Source: Octopus bimaculoides (taxonomy: Eukaryota). Taken from it: a stretch of 33,527 nt of DNA. A program made the position numbers and the translations under genes. How positions within the stretch are numbered: the first letter of the stretch is position 1; the number at the start of each line of letters is the position of its first letter. The DNA lies in contig NC_068983.1 in NCBI RefSeq assembly GCF_001194135.2, positions 18,566,168 to 18,599,694 of the forward strand, read 5' to 3'. Positions 21,851 to 32,767 of this stretch are shown here, piece by piece. The notes below the pieces were generated by a model. The model was not told where the DNA came from. It saw only the letters and a program-made list of their open reading frames with translations, and ran no database searches.

Positions 21851-24438
21851 CCATGCAGCTATAGCTTTTAATATCGCTTCTTATTTTACTCCTCACAATC
21901 ATTGAGTAGAGTGACGAAAGTACAGTCGAGGATCGCTTCTCTAAGACTGTGCCTTTTTTAAGGAGTAGGAAGCACTTCTGCTCTCAACAGATATTGGCAC
22001 TCAGCAACAAACAATTACTATTTTCTACTAAGCATGTAGGAACAAAATAATACTGCAATGCAAGTCGGAAATTAAGTTGTGGTTACAAAGCATTACAATA
22101 AAGCTTGAATTTTTATAATATCCGCTTTCACTATTTCTTAAATCTGATCCACAGAGAAAGTGCACAAATGAAGAAGGTGTAGTAATGCAAACAAATTGAT
22201 ATTGTTACGTGAACTAACTGGTGTTGTGCAAAATTTATCTGCTGCAGGGAATTGTTTTTTTGTTTTTTTTAACACGAGTTTGTTGTAAATGAATTGGAAA
22301 TACGAAAATTAATGACAATAAAAACCCCGCAAACCATTAATTAAGAAGATTTGTACTATAATATTTATAAACTGAAGAAAATATTACCAGCACATGGATA
22401 TATACAATTCGATAGAAATCTATTTCACTGCTTTCTTATTGCTCATATTTACATTTATGCTATGTTACAAAAATATTTCGATGTTTCTACATTTGCCTCT
22501 ATATAACATATTATTCTCATTAGGAAAGCGTTTCCGTTAGTAATGTAATTTTTCTGATAACGTTGAAATACATTTCCCGAATAGTCAAGGATTCCCTGTT
22601 GAGTTCGAGATAAATGTTTTTTTTAATTTTTTTGTCATTCCTAAACAAAATAGCACCTGCAAAGTGTTAAAATATCATTTCCCTTTCTCTTTAAGATATT
22701 TTTCTGCAGAATATTTTACATCATCAGAATAATTTACACTGCATTCATCTTTTAAATGATACATTCTGTTGCTCACTATCTCCTAATTTTTATCTTTGAA
22801 TTCTCTCAGTAGAGGGGTGTGATAGTATGATGTTTTTAGTTCATATTTTTAATGATAAAAAAACATTTCCATTAAGTAGTCGCTACGTCACTTTGAAATC
22901 TAACAATGAACTTCACAAGCTTACAGAGAAATTCACAAGTGTGAATTATATTTTTTAACATGACTACGCATTCCATATACTTTGAATGGCATACGGATAA
23001 TGCTACACATCTATACAATTTGAATGTCATATACATAATACTAAACATTTATATAGTTTGAATGACATACACATAGATCTACAAAGGATTACTTCCGTTA
23101 AAATTTTTGGCAAAATACATGCAATACATGTATTGTTCATGAAGTCAGCTGAAATTTTTCATTTTGTTAAACCACAAACAATAATCCAATATCGGTTAAG
23201 TCAGTTACACTGACTTCTGCGTTTATGTACGCTTTTTTTGTGAAATGTATTGAGGAACAGCAAAAATATAATTTCATTGAAATGCACATTGCGCAGAAAC
23301 ATACTTGCATACAAATGTATAAAAGCAAAATATGATTTCTTTTTCCTTATATTTTCGTAATGGTTGGTATATGTTTTACTATTAGTGCAGTAGGTAATAG
23401 GGTTACAAATTCGTAAAAAAGATTTCATGGAATATTTTCTGGCAGTAAGTTAAAATTTCGAACCCTGTCAAATGAGGTTATGCATATCATATTCACTGAA
23501 ACATCAAATAAATGCTATTCAAATAAATGTTATAGTAATTATATAATATACACCTCATTGTGTTAAGACCATTTAGGGTATCGGTCGTTTTATAAGATTT
23601 CTGAAGCAAGGTGATCAGTAAAGTCAGCTGCTGAGAGGAATTATCTCTTTTGTTTCGTTTCGAGGATATTTTCGGTTTTGCTTAAATTCTTCACTTTATA
23701 ATATCAGCGCATACAAATAGTAATCTCTTATATTGTGTATTTCTTTCTTTTATGCGACCTATCATTTTCACTAAGTATTTCATATTTCTCTTTCCTTTGT
23801 CTCTCTCTTTTTCTCCATTTTTCACTCTAGCTCGCCGTTTCACCGTTTCTAACTCTCCGTTTCACCATATATATNNNNNNNNNNNNNNNNNNNNNNNNNN
23901 NNNNNNNNNNNNNNNNNNNNNNNNNNNNNNNNNNNNNNNNNNNNNNNNNNNNNNNNNNNNNNNNNNNNNNNNNNNNNNNNNNNNNNNNNNNNNNNNNNNN
24001 NNNNNNNNNNNNNNNNNNNNNNNNNNNNNNNNNNNNNNNNNNNNNNNNNNNNNNNNNNNNNNNNNNNNNNNNNNNNNNNNNNNNNNNNNNNNNNNNNNNN
24101 NNNNNNNNNNNNNNNNNNNNNNNNNNNNNNNNNNNNNNNNNNNNNNNNNNNNNNNNNNNNNNNNNNNNNNNNNNNNNNNNNNNNNNNNNNNNNNNNNNNN
24201 NNNNNNNNNNNNNNNNNNNNNNNNNNNNNNNNNNNNNNNNNNNNNNNNNNNNNNNNNNNNNNNNNNNNNNNNNNNNNNNNNNNNNNNNNNNNNNNNNNNN
24301 NNNNNNNNNNNNNNNNNNNNNNNNNNNNNNNNNNNNNNNNNNNNNNNNNNNNNNNNNNNNNNNNNNNNNNNNNNNNNNNNNNNNNNNNNNNNNNNNNNNN
24401 NNNNNNNNNNNNNNNNNNNNNNNNNNNNNNNNNNNTGT

Positions 24439-24833
24439 TGTATTCGAAGTAATTTCATGTAAAAAATTGTCGTATTTCGGTAATTTCAACCAATCAGTGA
24501 CGTCTATTGAGGTGAAAACAATTACGCCGTGGAATGTAAACAACGGTGTTAGGGGATTTTTTCCCTTGAATAAAATTAGTGCCGTTGTTTGTCAACAAAA
24601 ACCTTAACTTTAACCCTATAACTCATAACCATAACCTTAACCCTAACCCCAACCCTAACCCCAAACCTAACCCCAGCCCTCACCCTAAAACCCTAAACCC
24701 TTACTAGGGAATAATGATATAATTAAACAGGGAATAACACACTTGACACCGAATAGCACTAACTGTATTCAACTGATTGGTTGAAATTACAGAAATACGA
24801 CAACTTTAACATGAAATAACTTGCGATGTACAA
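24439..24833. mobile_element. MITE-like element with ~60-bp imperfect TIRs and internal telomere-like (TAACCC)n
   Basis: Left arm AAGTAATTTCATGTAAAAAATTGTCGTATTTCGGTAATTTCAACCAATCAGT is the reverse complement of right arm ACTGATTGGTTGAAATTACAGAAATACGACAACTTTAACATGAAATAACTT, with a few mismatches. A degenerate CCTAAC tract lies at ~24601-24705. Confidence 0.85.
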
Positions 24834-25339
24834 TTTTTTGTTAAGAAGGTTAAGAGAAGTTGTTTTATATTACACATTCTACCAGTGTCCCAAGTTTGAA
24901 AGTGTTTCGTTAAGAAGACAAGTGTTGCCCGTCAAATCACAAGGATCCAAATTATTATTTTGAATGCTAGTTGGACGTGGAATGAGAGACAGAAAATTCC
25001 CGTCTTCTCTATAGGGAGGCAAGCTCCTATAATTAATGGATCAGGCTACAGACAACATGTTAATCCAAACCCCAACAAAGGAGTGTACTGTATAATTTGA
25101 TACAGTTGAAATCCAATAAATCTCATTGGTAATAAATATTTCATTAGGATTGTATAAAATATAAAGAAAGAGAGGAGGTGTAAGATGAAGATATTTATTT
25201 CAGCAGCTGATAGCCACGATGTCAAATGGCGAAATGAATATACATTCTCTCTTTCTTTTATCGTTAAAGGCATGAAATATATTTCAACCCTCCGGCCGAT
25301 AAGTGTTGAGGAGTTTGTTTGTGCATTTATTATATTTTG

Positions 25340-25409
<70 letters not shown>

Positions 25410-26292
25410 NNNNNNNNNNNNNNNNNNNNNNNNNNNNNNNNNNNNNNNNNNNNNNNNNNNNNNNNNNNNNNNNNNNNNNNNNNNNNNNNNNNNNNNNNNN
25501 NNNNNNNNNNNNNNNNNNNNNNNNNNNNNNNNNNNNNNNNNNNNNNNNNNNNNNNNNNNNNNNNNNNNNNNNNNNNNNNNNNNNNNNNNNNNNNNNNNNN
25601 NNNNNNNNNNNNNNNNNNNNNNNNNNNNNNNNNNNNNNNNNNNNNNNNNNNNNNNNNNNNNNNNNNNNNNNNNNNNNNNNNNNNNNNNNNNNNNNNNNNN
25701 NNNNNNNNNNNNNNNNNNNNNNNNNNNNNNNNNNNNNNNNNNNNNNNNNNNNNNNNNNNNNNNNNNNNNNNNNNNNNNNNNNNNNNNNNNNNNNNNNNNN
25801 NNNNNNNNNNNNNNNNNNNNNNNNNNNNNNNNNNNNNNNNNNNNNNNNNNNNNNNNNNNNNNNNNNNNNNNNNNNNNNNNNNNNNNNNNNNNNNNNNNNN
25901 NNNNNNNNNNNNNNNNNNNNNNNNNNNNNNNNNNNNNNNNNNNNNNNNNNNNNNNNNNNNNNNNNNNNNNNNNNNNNNNNNNNNNNNNNNNNNNNNNNNN
26001 NNNNNNNNNNNNNNNNNNNNNNNNNNNNNNNNNNNNNNNNNNNNNNNNNNNNNNNNNNNNNNNNNNNNNNNNNNNNNNNNNNNNNNNNNNNNNNNNNNNN
26101 NNNNNNNNNNNNNNNNNNNNNNNNNNNNNNNNNNNNNNNNNNNNNNNNNNNNNNNCTTTTGATGGACTTAATGATTGCAAACCCTTGATTATGTTCACGC
26201 AATGTCACACCATTATATGCTATTGAACTGTTATGTAATGTTTTGAAATGTATTCTCATGTTTATGTAATGCTTTATTCTCATGTTTTTTGA

Positions 26293-26511
26293 TGTTATGT
26301 AAAAAGAAAAGGTTACCCAACGCATGGTCTTCGTGTTGTTTCTTCCTCCCCTCCTTTTGCCTGTGTTGTTCTTCGTTTCGTGCTCCAGCCGGGGCTTTAT
26401 TATCGGTCAGGTGATCGAGACGGCTTTCTAGCTCACTGAGCGTGAACGTTCGCGCGCGCGCGAGTTCTCTCTTCGGCACAGGAGATGCTTCGCGTGCGGG
26501 CGTTCGTAACA
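26293..26511 (-). mobile_element. Possible solo LTR (TGTTA...TAACA), CpG-rich
   Basis: Inverted TGTTA/TAACA termini, AATAAA inside on the minus strand, and abruptly GC/CpG-rich relative to the flanks. No target-site duplication found. Confidence 0.45.
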
Positions 26512-26728
26512 ATATATATATGTATATAAACAACGAAGTAGCAGTGTTGGCAGTGTTTACAAGTAAAAGAGAGCGGAATAAAAGACTGAAAATATTCAGG
26601 CGATGAATATTCAAGTATAAGTTCATACATATTTACGGACTTATAAAGAAAACTTACACACAGGAGTTTCTCTTCATTCCGTGAACATGGTCCTTCATAG
26701 AGATATCGGAGTGTAAGTTCAGATCGTT

Positions 26729-26784
26729 AGAAAGCTACGAAGTGTTTCGATATCTAGAAACTGTGCATCTCATCAGCTGAAACA
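26729..26784 (-). ncRNA. Candidate hammerhead ribozyme with intact catalytic core but poor stem I
   Basis: Minus strand reads CTGATGA-GATG cacagtttctaga TATC-GAAA-C acttc G-TA then GCTTTC. The GUA cleavage triplet is present. Stem I partners do not pair in register. Confidence 0.5.
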
Positions 26785-26893
26785 CACACACACATACACT
26801 CCCTCTCTCTCACTCTCACTCTCTATCTCTCATTCTCACTCTCTATCTCTCACTCTCACTCTCTCTATCTCTGTCTGTATGTATGTATGTATA

Positions 26894-27095
26894 GGTACTT
26901 TGTCAGATCCAATTTCTGTAGAAAATGGTGTAAAACAAGGTGATATTCCTACTCCTACATTGTTTGCTATGTATTTTGTAATAGTCTTTCGAAAAACTTT
27001 TGAAGATTGCACTGAAAGGGGTCTATATAGTTTATAGGACAACGGGTAAACTGTTCAATCTCAATAGACTCTGCCAAAACGAAAGTTCTGCATTC
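26894..27095 (+). mobile_element. RTE (BovB-like) LINE reverse-transcriptase fragment
   Basis: Reads GTLSDPISVENGVKQGDIPTPTLFAMYF, then after a frameshift GVYIVYRTTGKLFNLNRL. This matches the GVKQGC..APTLF and GVYIxYRTDGKLFNLxRL motifs of RTE-BovB RT. Confidence 0.9.
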
Positions 27096-27129
27096 TCACC
27101 TTTCTGTATGCAGACTCTCTCTTTCTCTA

Positions 27130-27192
27130 TCTCTATATCTATCTTCCCCTCTCATTCTTCCCTCTACTGTTCTTCGCCTCTCCCTTTCACTA

Positions 27193-27237
<45 letters not shown>

Positions 27238-27505
27238 CTCGTCCTTCGCCTCTCACTGTTACTACTACTATCTCTCTCCCTCTCTACCTCTCGTTGCTCA
27301 TTTTCGTTCTTGGAGTCCTCAAGCTCTCTCTATCTCTATCTCCCCCTCTCATTCTTCCCTCTACTGTTCTTCGCCTCTCCCTGTCACTATTATCTCTCTC
27401 TCACTATCTCTCGCTGCTCGTCCTTCGCCTCTCACTGTTACTACTACTATCTCTCTCCCTGTCTACCTCTCGTTGCTCATTTTCGTTCTTAGACTCCTCA
27501 AGCTC
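27130..27505 (+). repeat. Two-copy tandem duplication of a ~180-197-bp pyrimidine-rich unit
   Basis: CCCCTCTCATTCTTCCCTCTACTGTTCTTCGCCTCTCCC...TCGTTGCTCATTTTCGTTCTT..CTCAAGCTC occurs at ~27146-27326 and ~27343-27505. The copies differ mainly in the length of an internal (CT)n. Confidence 0.92.
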
Positions 27506-28009
27506 GCACATACTTCTTTGCTCCTCCAGTTCGTGCCTCACAGCGTTCAATACATACACACTTCAGCCTTTTTGTTTGTTTATTTCACCGTTTCGTTTTC
27601 CTGTCTTGTTTTCCGTCCGCCACTACCCTCCACGAAAACAATTTAATTTGTGTTAGTGGGAAGAACCATTTTAACGATGCGTACTGCCTTAATTCTTCGA
27701 AACGCCGGGGTTTTAATGGTGGCAGCTGATGAAGGGGATGTTTCTATGTGGCCTGCTTGTTTGTTGCACCTTGTTTACCATNNNNNNNNNNNNNNNNNNN
27801 NNNNNNNNNNNNNNNNNNNNNNNNNNNNNNNNNNNNNNNNNNNNNNNNNNNNNNNNNNNNNNNNNNNNNNNNNNNNNNNNNNNNNNNNNNNNNNNNNNNN
27901 NNNNNNNNNNNNNNNNNNNNNNNNNNNNNNNNNNNNNNNNNNNNNNNNNNNNNNNNNNNNNNNNNNNNNNNNNNNNNNNNNNNNNNNNNNNNNNNNNNNN
28001 NNNNNNNNN

Positions 28010-28057
<48 letters not shown>

Positions 28058-28239
28058 GTACACGCGCAAATATGTATATATTCTTTATTCATGCAGGACA
28101 TGCAATCACACAGAGTCTCACATATTATGATCACGTATATTCTTATATAAATACATGCACACACACACATACACACACACACATACACACACACACACGC
28201 ACACACAAGCACTCACACACACACATACACACATATATA

Positions 28240-28308
<69 letters not shown>

Positions 28309-30573
28309 CTATATACGCTGGTATCTATATCTGTATTTTATATATGCGATAAGTACTATATAATTATGTTGCTTTTGAAAGTCGAATTCAAAAAATATTA
28401 TCTGCTGTAATTATATTCTATAATTAAAGGTTAAAATGTGATTGGTAGTGAAAGATGTTTTCAGATATTGATGCGGTAAATAATTATGTTACAGTTGTTT
28501 CTTTTTGTTTTCCTGTAGCCATCTGTGTTTCTTGTTTAAAGAGATATACAAATACCACAAACACTACAATTTAAAACACAGACCCAGGAATGAGTATATA
28601 CATATATTCCAGTATGTGTGTTTCTGTGTATATATATTAGTATATGTCTGAGTTGATGTGAATACAGAGTTAAACGTATGAAGAAAGCATATTTGCGTAT
28701 ATGCAAATTAATCTAGCCACTTCAACTAAGTCATTAACTCTGATGCATCCAATGTGCCATTATGTATGTATATATGTATATATATATATATATANNNNNN
28801 NNNNNNNNNNNNNNNNNNNNNNNNNNNNNNNNNNNNNNNNNNNNNNNNNNNNNNNNNNNNNNNNNNNNNNNNNNNNNNNNNNNNNNNNNNNNNNNNNNNN
28901 NNNNNNNNNNNNNNNNNNNNNNNNNNNNNNNNNNNNNNNNNNNNNNNNNNNNNNNNNNNNNNNNNNNNNNNNNNNNNNNNNNNNNNNNNNNNNNNNNNNN
29001 NNNNNNNNNNNNNNNNNNNNNNNNNNNNNNNNNNNNNNNNNNNNNNNNNNNNNNNNNNNNNNNNNNNNNNNNNNNNNNNNNNNNNNNNNNNNNNNNNNNN
29101 NNNNNNNNNNNNNNNNNNNNNNNNNNNNNNNNNNNNNNNNNNNNNNNNNNNNNNNNNNNNNNNNNNNNNNNNNNNNNNNNNNNNNNNNNNNNNNNNNNNN
29201 NNNNNNNNNNNNNNNNNNNNNNNNNNNNNNNNNNNNNNNNNNNNNNNNNNNNNNNNNNNNNNNNNNNNNNNNNNNNNNNNNNNNNNNNNNNNNNNNNNNN
29301 NNNNNNNNNNNNNNTACACACGCACACGCACACACACATATGTATGTATATTTATATACGTATATTATTTGAACGGCTATAATGTTTTCCGTGCATGATA
29401 CATGTTCCTGGTGATTTCTATTAAGAAACTAATATCGCCATAGTGTAATGCATGAAATATTTCAGAAGGCTAAAAATTACTAATCATCTGAAGAATCAGT
29501 AACCATCCATGACATGTCACGGTAGTCTCTGTCGTTGTTAATGTGCAAGGAAAATATGTATTCATATCTTTTAGTTTCCACTGCGTAGGCGTGAATAACT
29601 ACAGTCTACAAAGACGTATGTACATATGCATGTTTGTATACATACTTTTATTCATACGTAAATACATACACGCACGCACAGACACACACACACACACACA
29701 CATGCACGCAAGCATATAAAAACACATATCCTCATACAGACATATGCATATATACATTCATGCATACACTTATTTGTATGTATATATGTATACATTATTT
29801 ATGCGCTTATGCAGACACGGCGCATGCATCTGTGAAAAATACAAGAATTTTATTTAAAGTGTTTTGGAAGCGACTATACTATCCCGATATTACGAGTTTG
29901 TCAGAGGTTATTTATATTTATCAATTTATTCTCACAAACATCGACAAGGGAAAAGCTGTGAATTTCAGCTGTCAGATTAATCATTCCGAACTGTGCAGAG
30001 CAGAAGCAGTGCAACCTCAGGTTTTCTTGCGATAAAATATTTAAAACCCGAATTATTGAAATATATTTTTAAAACGTAGTCCTGTGCGCTTCTTTCCGAC
30101 TCTCTTTGCCTTTGCTTTCACTTATTCATTTCTGTTGTCATTATACCTCTCACAATCTGAATATACTATAAAACAGATTCATTCAATCTTTTGAAAAGAT
30201 GTGGGAATACCAATTGCAAGATTAATAAATCTGGTCTGAACAGAACCAATCTATATCGATCTCATTTTTTTTTTCCTTTTGTTATGAGGACTTTAATTTC
30301 GAAATATTTTAACAAGTTGCGATAGTAATCCAGAGATATTAGTATTCTTGTTGTTTTTAGTGTGATAATTTACTGTTCAGCTGTGTTACTAGAAAAGTAG
30401 GAATATGTGAATGGTCATTGGCATATAAAATATATTCAGATAAATTTGTTATTTAGAATTAAACAGAAAGCATCTATGATATTTTGATATCATTATGCTT
30501 AAGCCAACTTAAATTTAGAATTATTAGTCAATCGAAGTAAGCGTAGGATGATAGTTTGCCTGACACTACTTAC

Positions 30574-30618
30574 TTGTGGAGAATGGAGGTGGTACGATTT
30601 CCGTTTTATTCTCTTTTT
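30574..30618 (-). other. Candidate 45-nt exon of an unidentified host gene
   Basis: Acceptor atatttttatctcAG and donor CAA|GTAAGT; length is a multiple of 3; two frames are open (KENKTEIVPPPFST or KKRIKRKSYHLHSPQ). No homology recognised. Confidence 0.25.
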
Positions 30619-31396
30619 CTGAGATAAAAATATTTGAATATAAATCAAAAGAGGAAAATATTTTTTCCTTTCCAAATTTCGCTTTGATGTTGTTTATCAA
30701 CTTCCATTTTGGTGGCATTTAAAGCATTTTCCTCTCCAAAATGAAATGTGCAGAATAACACAGGGTCGACCTTCAATTTCTTCTCTTGAAAATTATGTTA
30801 AAAATAGAAATATTTATTTTTGTTTTAAATTTGGATTTATTTTATCTTCCGATCCGTTATTTGCATGTTGCATCTCAGAAGCGTGCTAAAGCCCTGTTAA
30901 TCTACTTCACAATGCTTCAAGTAAACTATACAATTCTGGTAAAATTAAAATGCGTAAGGCTGAATATACTTCTAAAATATGTTAACTTAATCTCTGTCGA
31001 AGTTAGTGTGCAAAATTAGTAAACCTAATATGTACGTGTTTATACTCACTCAGTGTCGAATATAAGAGATACTGTCATATAAGCTGAAAGTGCAAAACAT
31101 TGTTATTGGAAAATTTGGCTTTATATTTAAATTTCCTTATATTTCAAATTTCCATTGCATCTACTTTCTGAAGAAAGTTTATTAGACTCCAGAGCGATCC
31201 GTACAAAAAACAGTTTTCTGATGAAAATAATCGTTTATACACACACACATACACACACACACGTATATATATATATAGATGTATGTTGTATGTATGTATC
31301 AAACATACGCTTTCCATATTTCTGTCTTATTACACGTTCTTGGTGAAGATCGGATTATTCGTACTGATGACAGAATATCTAAGTAAATATAGAATG

Positions 31397-31620
31397 TATT
31401 TCTTTATTGCCCACAGGGGGATAAACATAGAGGGGGACAAACAAGGACAGACAAGGGGATTAGGTCGATTAGCTCGACCCAAGTGATTAACTGGTACTTA
31501 TTTAATCGACTCCGAAAGGATGAAAGGCAAAGTCGACCTCGGTGGAATTTGAACTCAGAACGTAACGGCAGACGAAATACCTCTAGGCATTTCGCCCGGC
31601 GTGCTATCGTTTCTGCCAGC
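31397..31620 (-). mobile_element. tRNA-derived CORE-type SINE (octopus OR1/OR2-like), nearly full length
   Basis: Minus strand reads GCTGGCAGAAACGATAGCACGCCGGGCGAAATG..GAGTTCAAATTCC (B box)..GTCGACTTTGCCTTTCATCCTTTCGGAGTCGATTAAATAAGTACCAG..GGGCAATAAAGAAATA. The family assignment is from memory of octopus SINEs. Confidence 0.85.
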
Positions 31621-31677
31621 ATAAGAGATTAGTTGATACTGTTCTATATTTTTGAGATGAAGAATTATGTACATTAT

Positions 31678-31925
31678 TTACAATGGACAGATAGGTGTCC
31701 CCTACCTTGTTTCTTGTTATCAAAACGTTTCAGGTGATGTACTCTCCACTCTCTGTCAGGTGTTGTTTGAATTTCGAACCGAACCATTTATTTGACTAAT
31801 GAAGTACATTGTTCTCATTCCTAAGGGATGTTGCTGGTGTTATTTTTTCTGTTGATATTAGTTTTCAAGTCTCTGCCTGAGATTGAACTTAGAATCCGAC
31901 AGTTAGTAGCTCTTATCCACTACGC
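31678..31925 (-). mobile_element. tRNA-headed SINE copy A (with eroded hammerhead-like segment)
   Basis: Reverse complement aligns along its length with copy B: GCGTAGTGGATAAGA..GCTACTAAC..CGGATTCTAAGTTCAATC..TTAGGAATG..GGTTCGAAATT..GAAACGTT..TCCATTGTAA. Confidence 0.8.
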
Positions 31926-31935
31926 ACTTATCCAC

Positions 31936-32197
31936 GAGCATATAGCGTAGTGGATAAGAACGCGGGCTACTAACCCTCGGATTCTAAGTTCAATCCCAAG
32001 CAGGACTTGAAAAAGAATATCAACAGAAAAAGAACATCAGCAATATACGTTAGGAATGGAAACAGTGTAACCCATTAGTCAAATAAAGGGTTAGGTTCGA
32101 AATTCCACCAGATCACCAAACGAAGGCTGGAGTGTATATCAGCCGAAACGTTATGATGACAACAAACAAGGTGAGGACACCCGTCCGTCCATTGTAA
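31936..32197 (+). mobile_element. tRNA-headed SINE copy B (with eroded hammerhead-like segment)
   Basis: A-box-like TAGCGTAGTGGATAA and B-box-like AAGTTCAATCCC. At 32117-32152 it reads CAAACGA-A-GGCTG gagtgtatat CAGCC-GAAAC-GTT. Confidence 0.8.
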
Positions 32198-32767
32198 AAA
32201 GATTAGTTGGTGTAGAATATGAACATAAAGTTATAGAATTCTCCCAAACATCGATCTGCGTCTAAAATTGAGAGATCATTTAGTGTTCCTATATATCTTG
32301 CAGTGAACATTAAAATGCTAGAGAGAAACAGTTATGCTGTAATAAAAAATCAATATTAATTAATTACAGATACTGATGTATTTATAGAAAGATATGAATG
32401 GTTGCAAATTCGAAACATATTTCAGTAGGACAGACATCCAAGAAGCACAAATTTCACTATATTAATCAAGATATTAATGAGAGAGTAATTAAAAATATGT
32501 ACGCTAATATTCTGAGATTGTCTAAGTAACGTATTGTCACATTTGAATGACTAAGAGCCTTACCTGCAGCAGAAAAATAATAAGGAAATCTCACTTACAG
32601 CAATGAATAAAAGGAAGTAAAATTTATTCTGTTGAATTTATATGTGTGCACCTGTGTGCGCATCTGTATGTGTGTGGAAATGAATGCATATGTATGCATG
32701 CTTGTGTATGGTATGTGTGTGAAAGAGAGTCTGTGTGATTGTGTACAAGTGTATATGCGGATATATA

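Larger units (their letters stand above)
2433..29314. other. Ten assembly gaps (N runs)
   Basis: 2433-2699, 4426-4891, 6001-6076, 9124-9133, 13508-13882, 16985-17564, 23875-24436, 25410-26156, 27782-28009, 28795-29314. Confidence 0.98.

Noticed and set aside
22690-22735. Minus-strand CTGATGA...GAAA as a hammerhead
   Set aside because: Stem I pairs only 2 bp and stem III is A-U only in very AT-rich sequence, so it is likely chance.
24601-24705. True telomere or chromosome-fusion site
   Set aside because: The tract is short, degenerate, single-orientation and enclosed by TIRs, so it is an internal part of a repeat element.
27130-27505. CRISPR-like array
   Set aside because: It is a two-copy tandem duplication with no spacers, in a eukaryotic context with no cas genes.
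27000-27656. 218-aa Leu/Ser-rich ORF as a membrane protein
   Set aside because: It consists of an RTE RT fragment read into a CT-rich tandem duplication.
28495-28600. Strong plus-strand acceptor (ttgtttctttttgttttcctgtAG)
   Set aside because: No convincing donor or recognisable peptide follows.
576-30035. Long ORFs in the supplied track made of CV/HT/YI/SL/RE dipeptides or X runs
   Set aside because: They are translations of microsatellites and N gaps, not genes.
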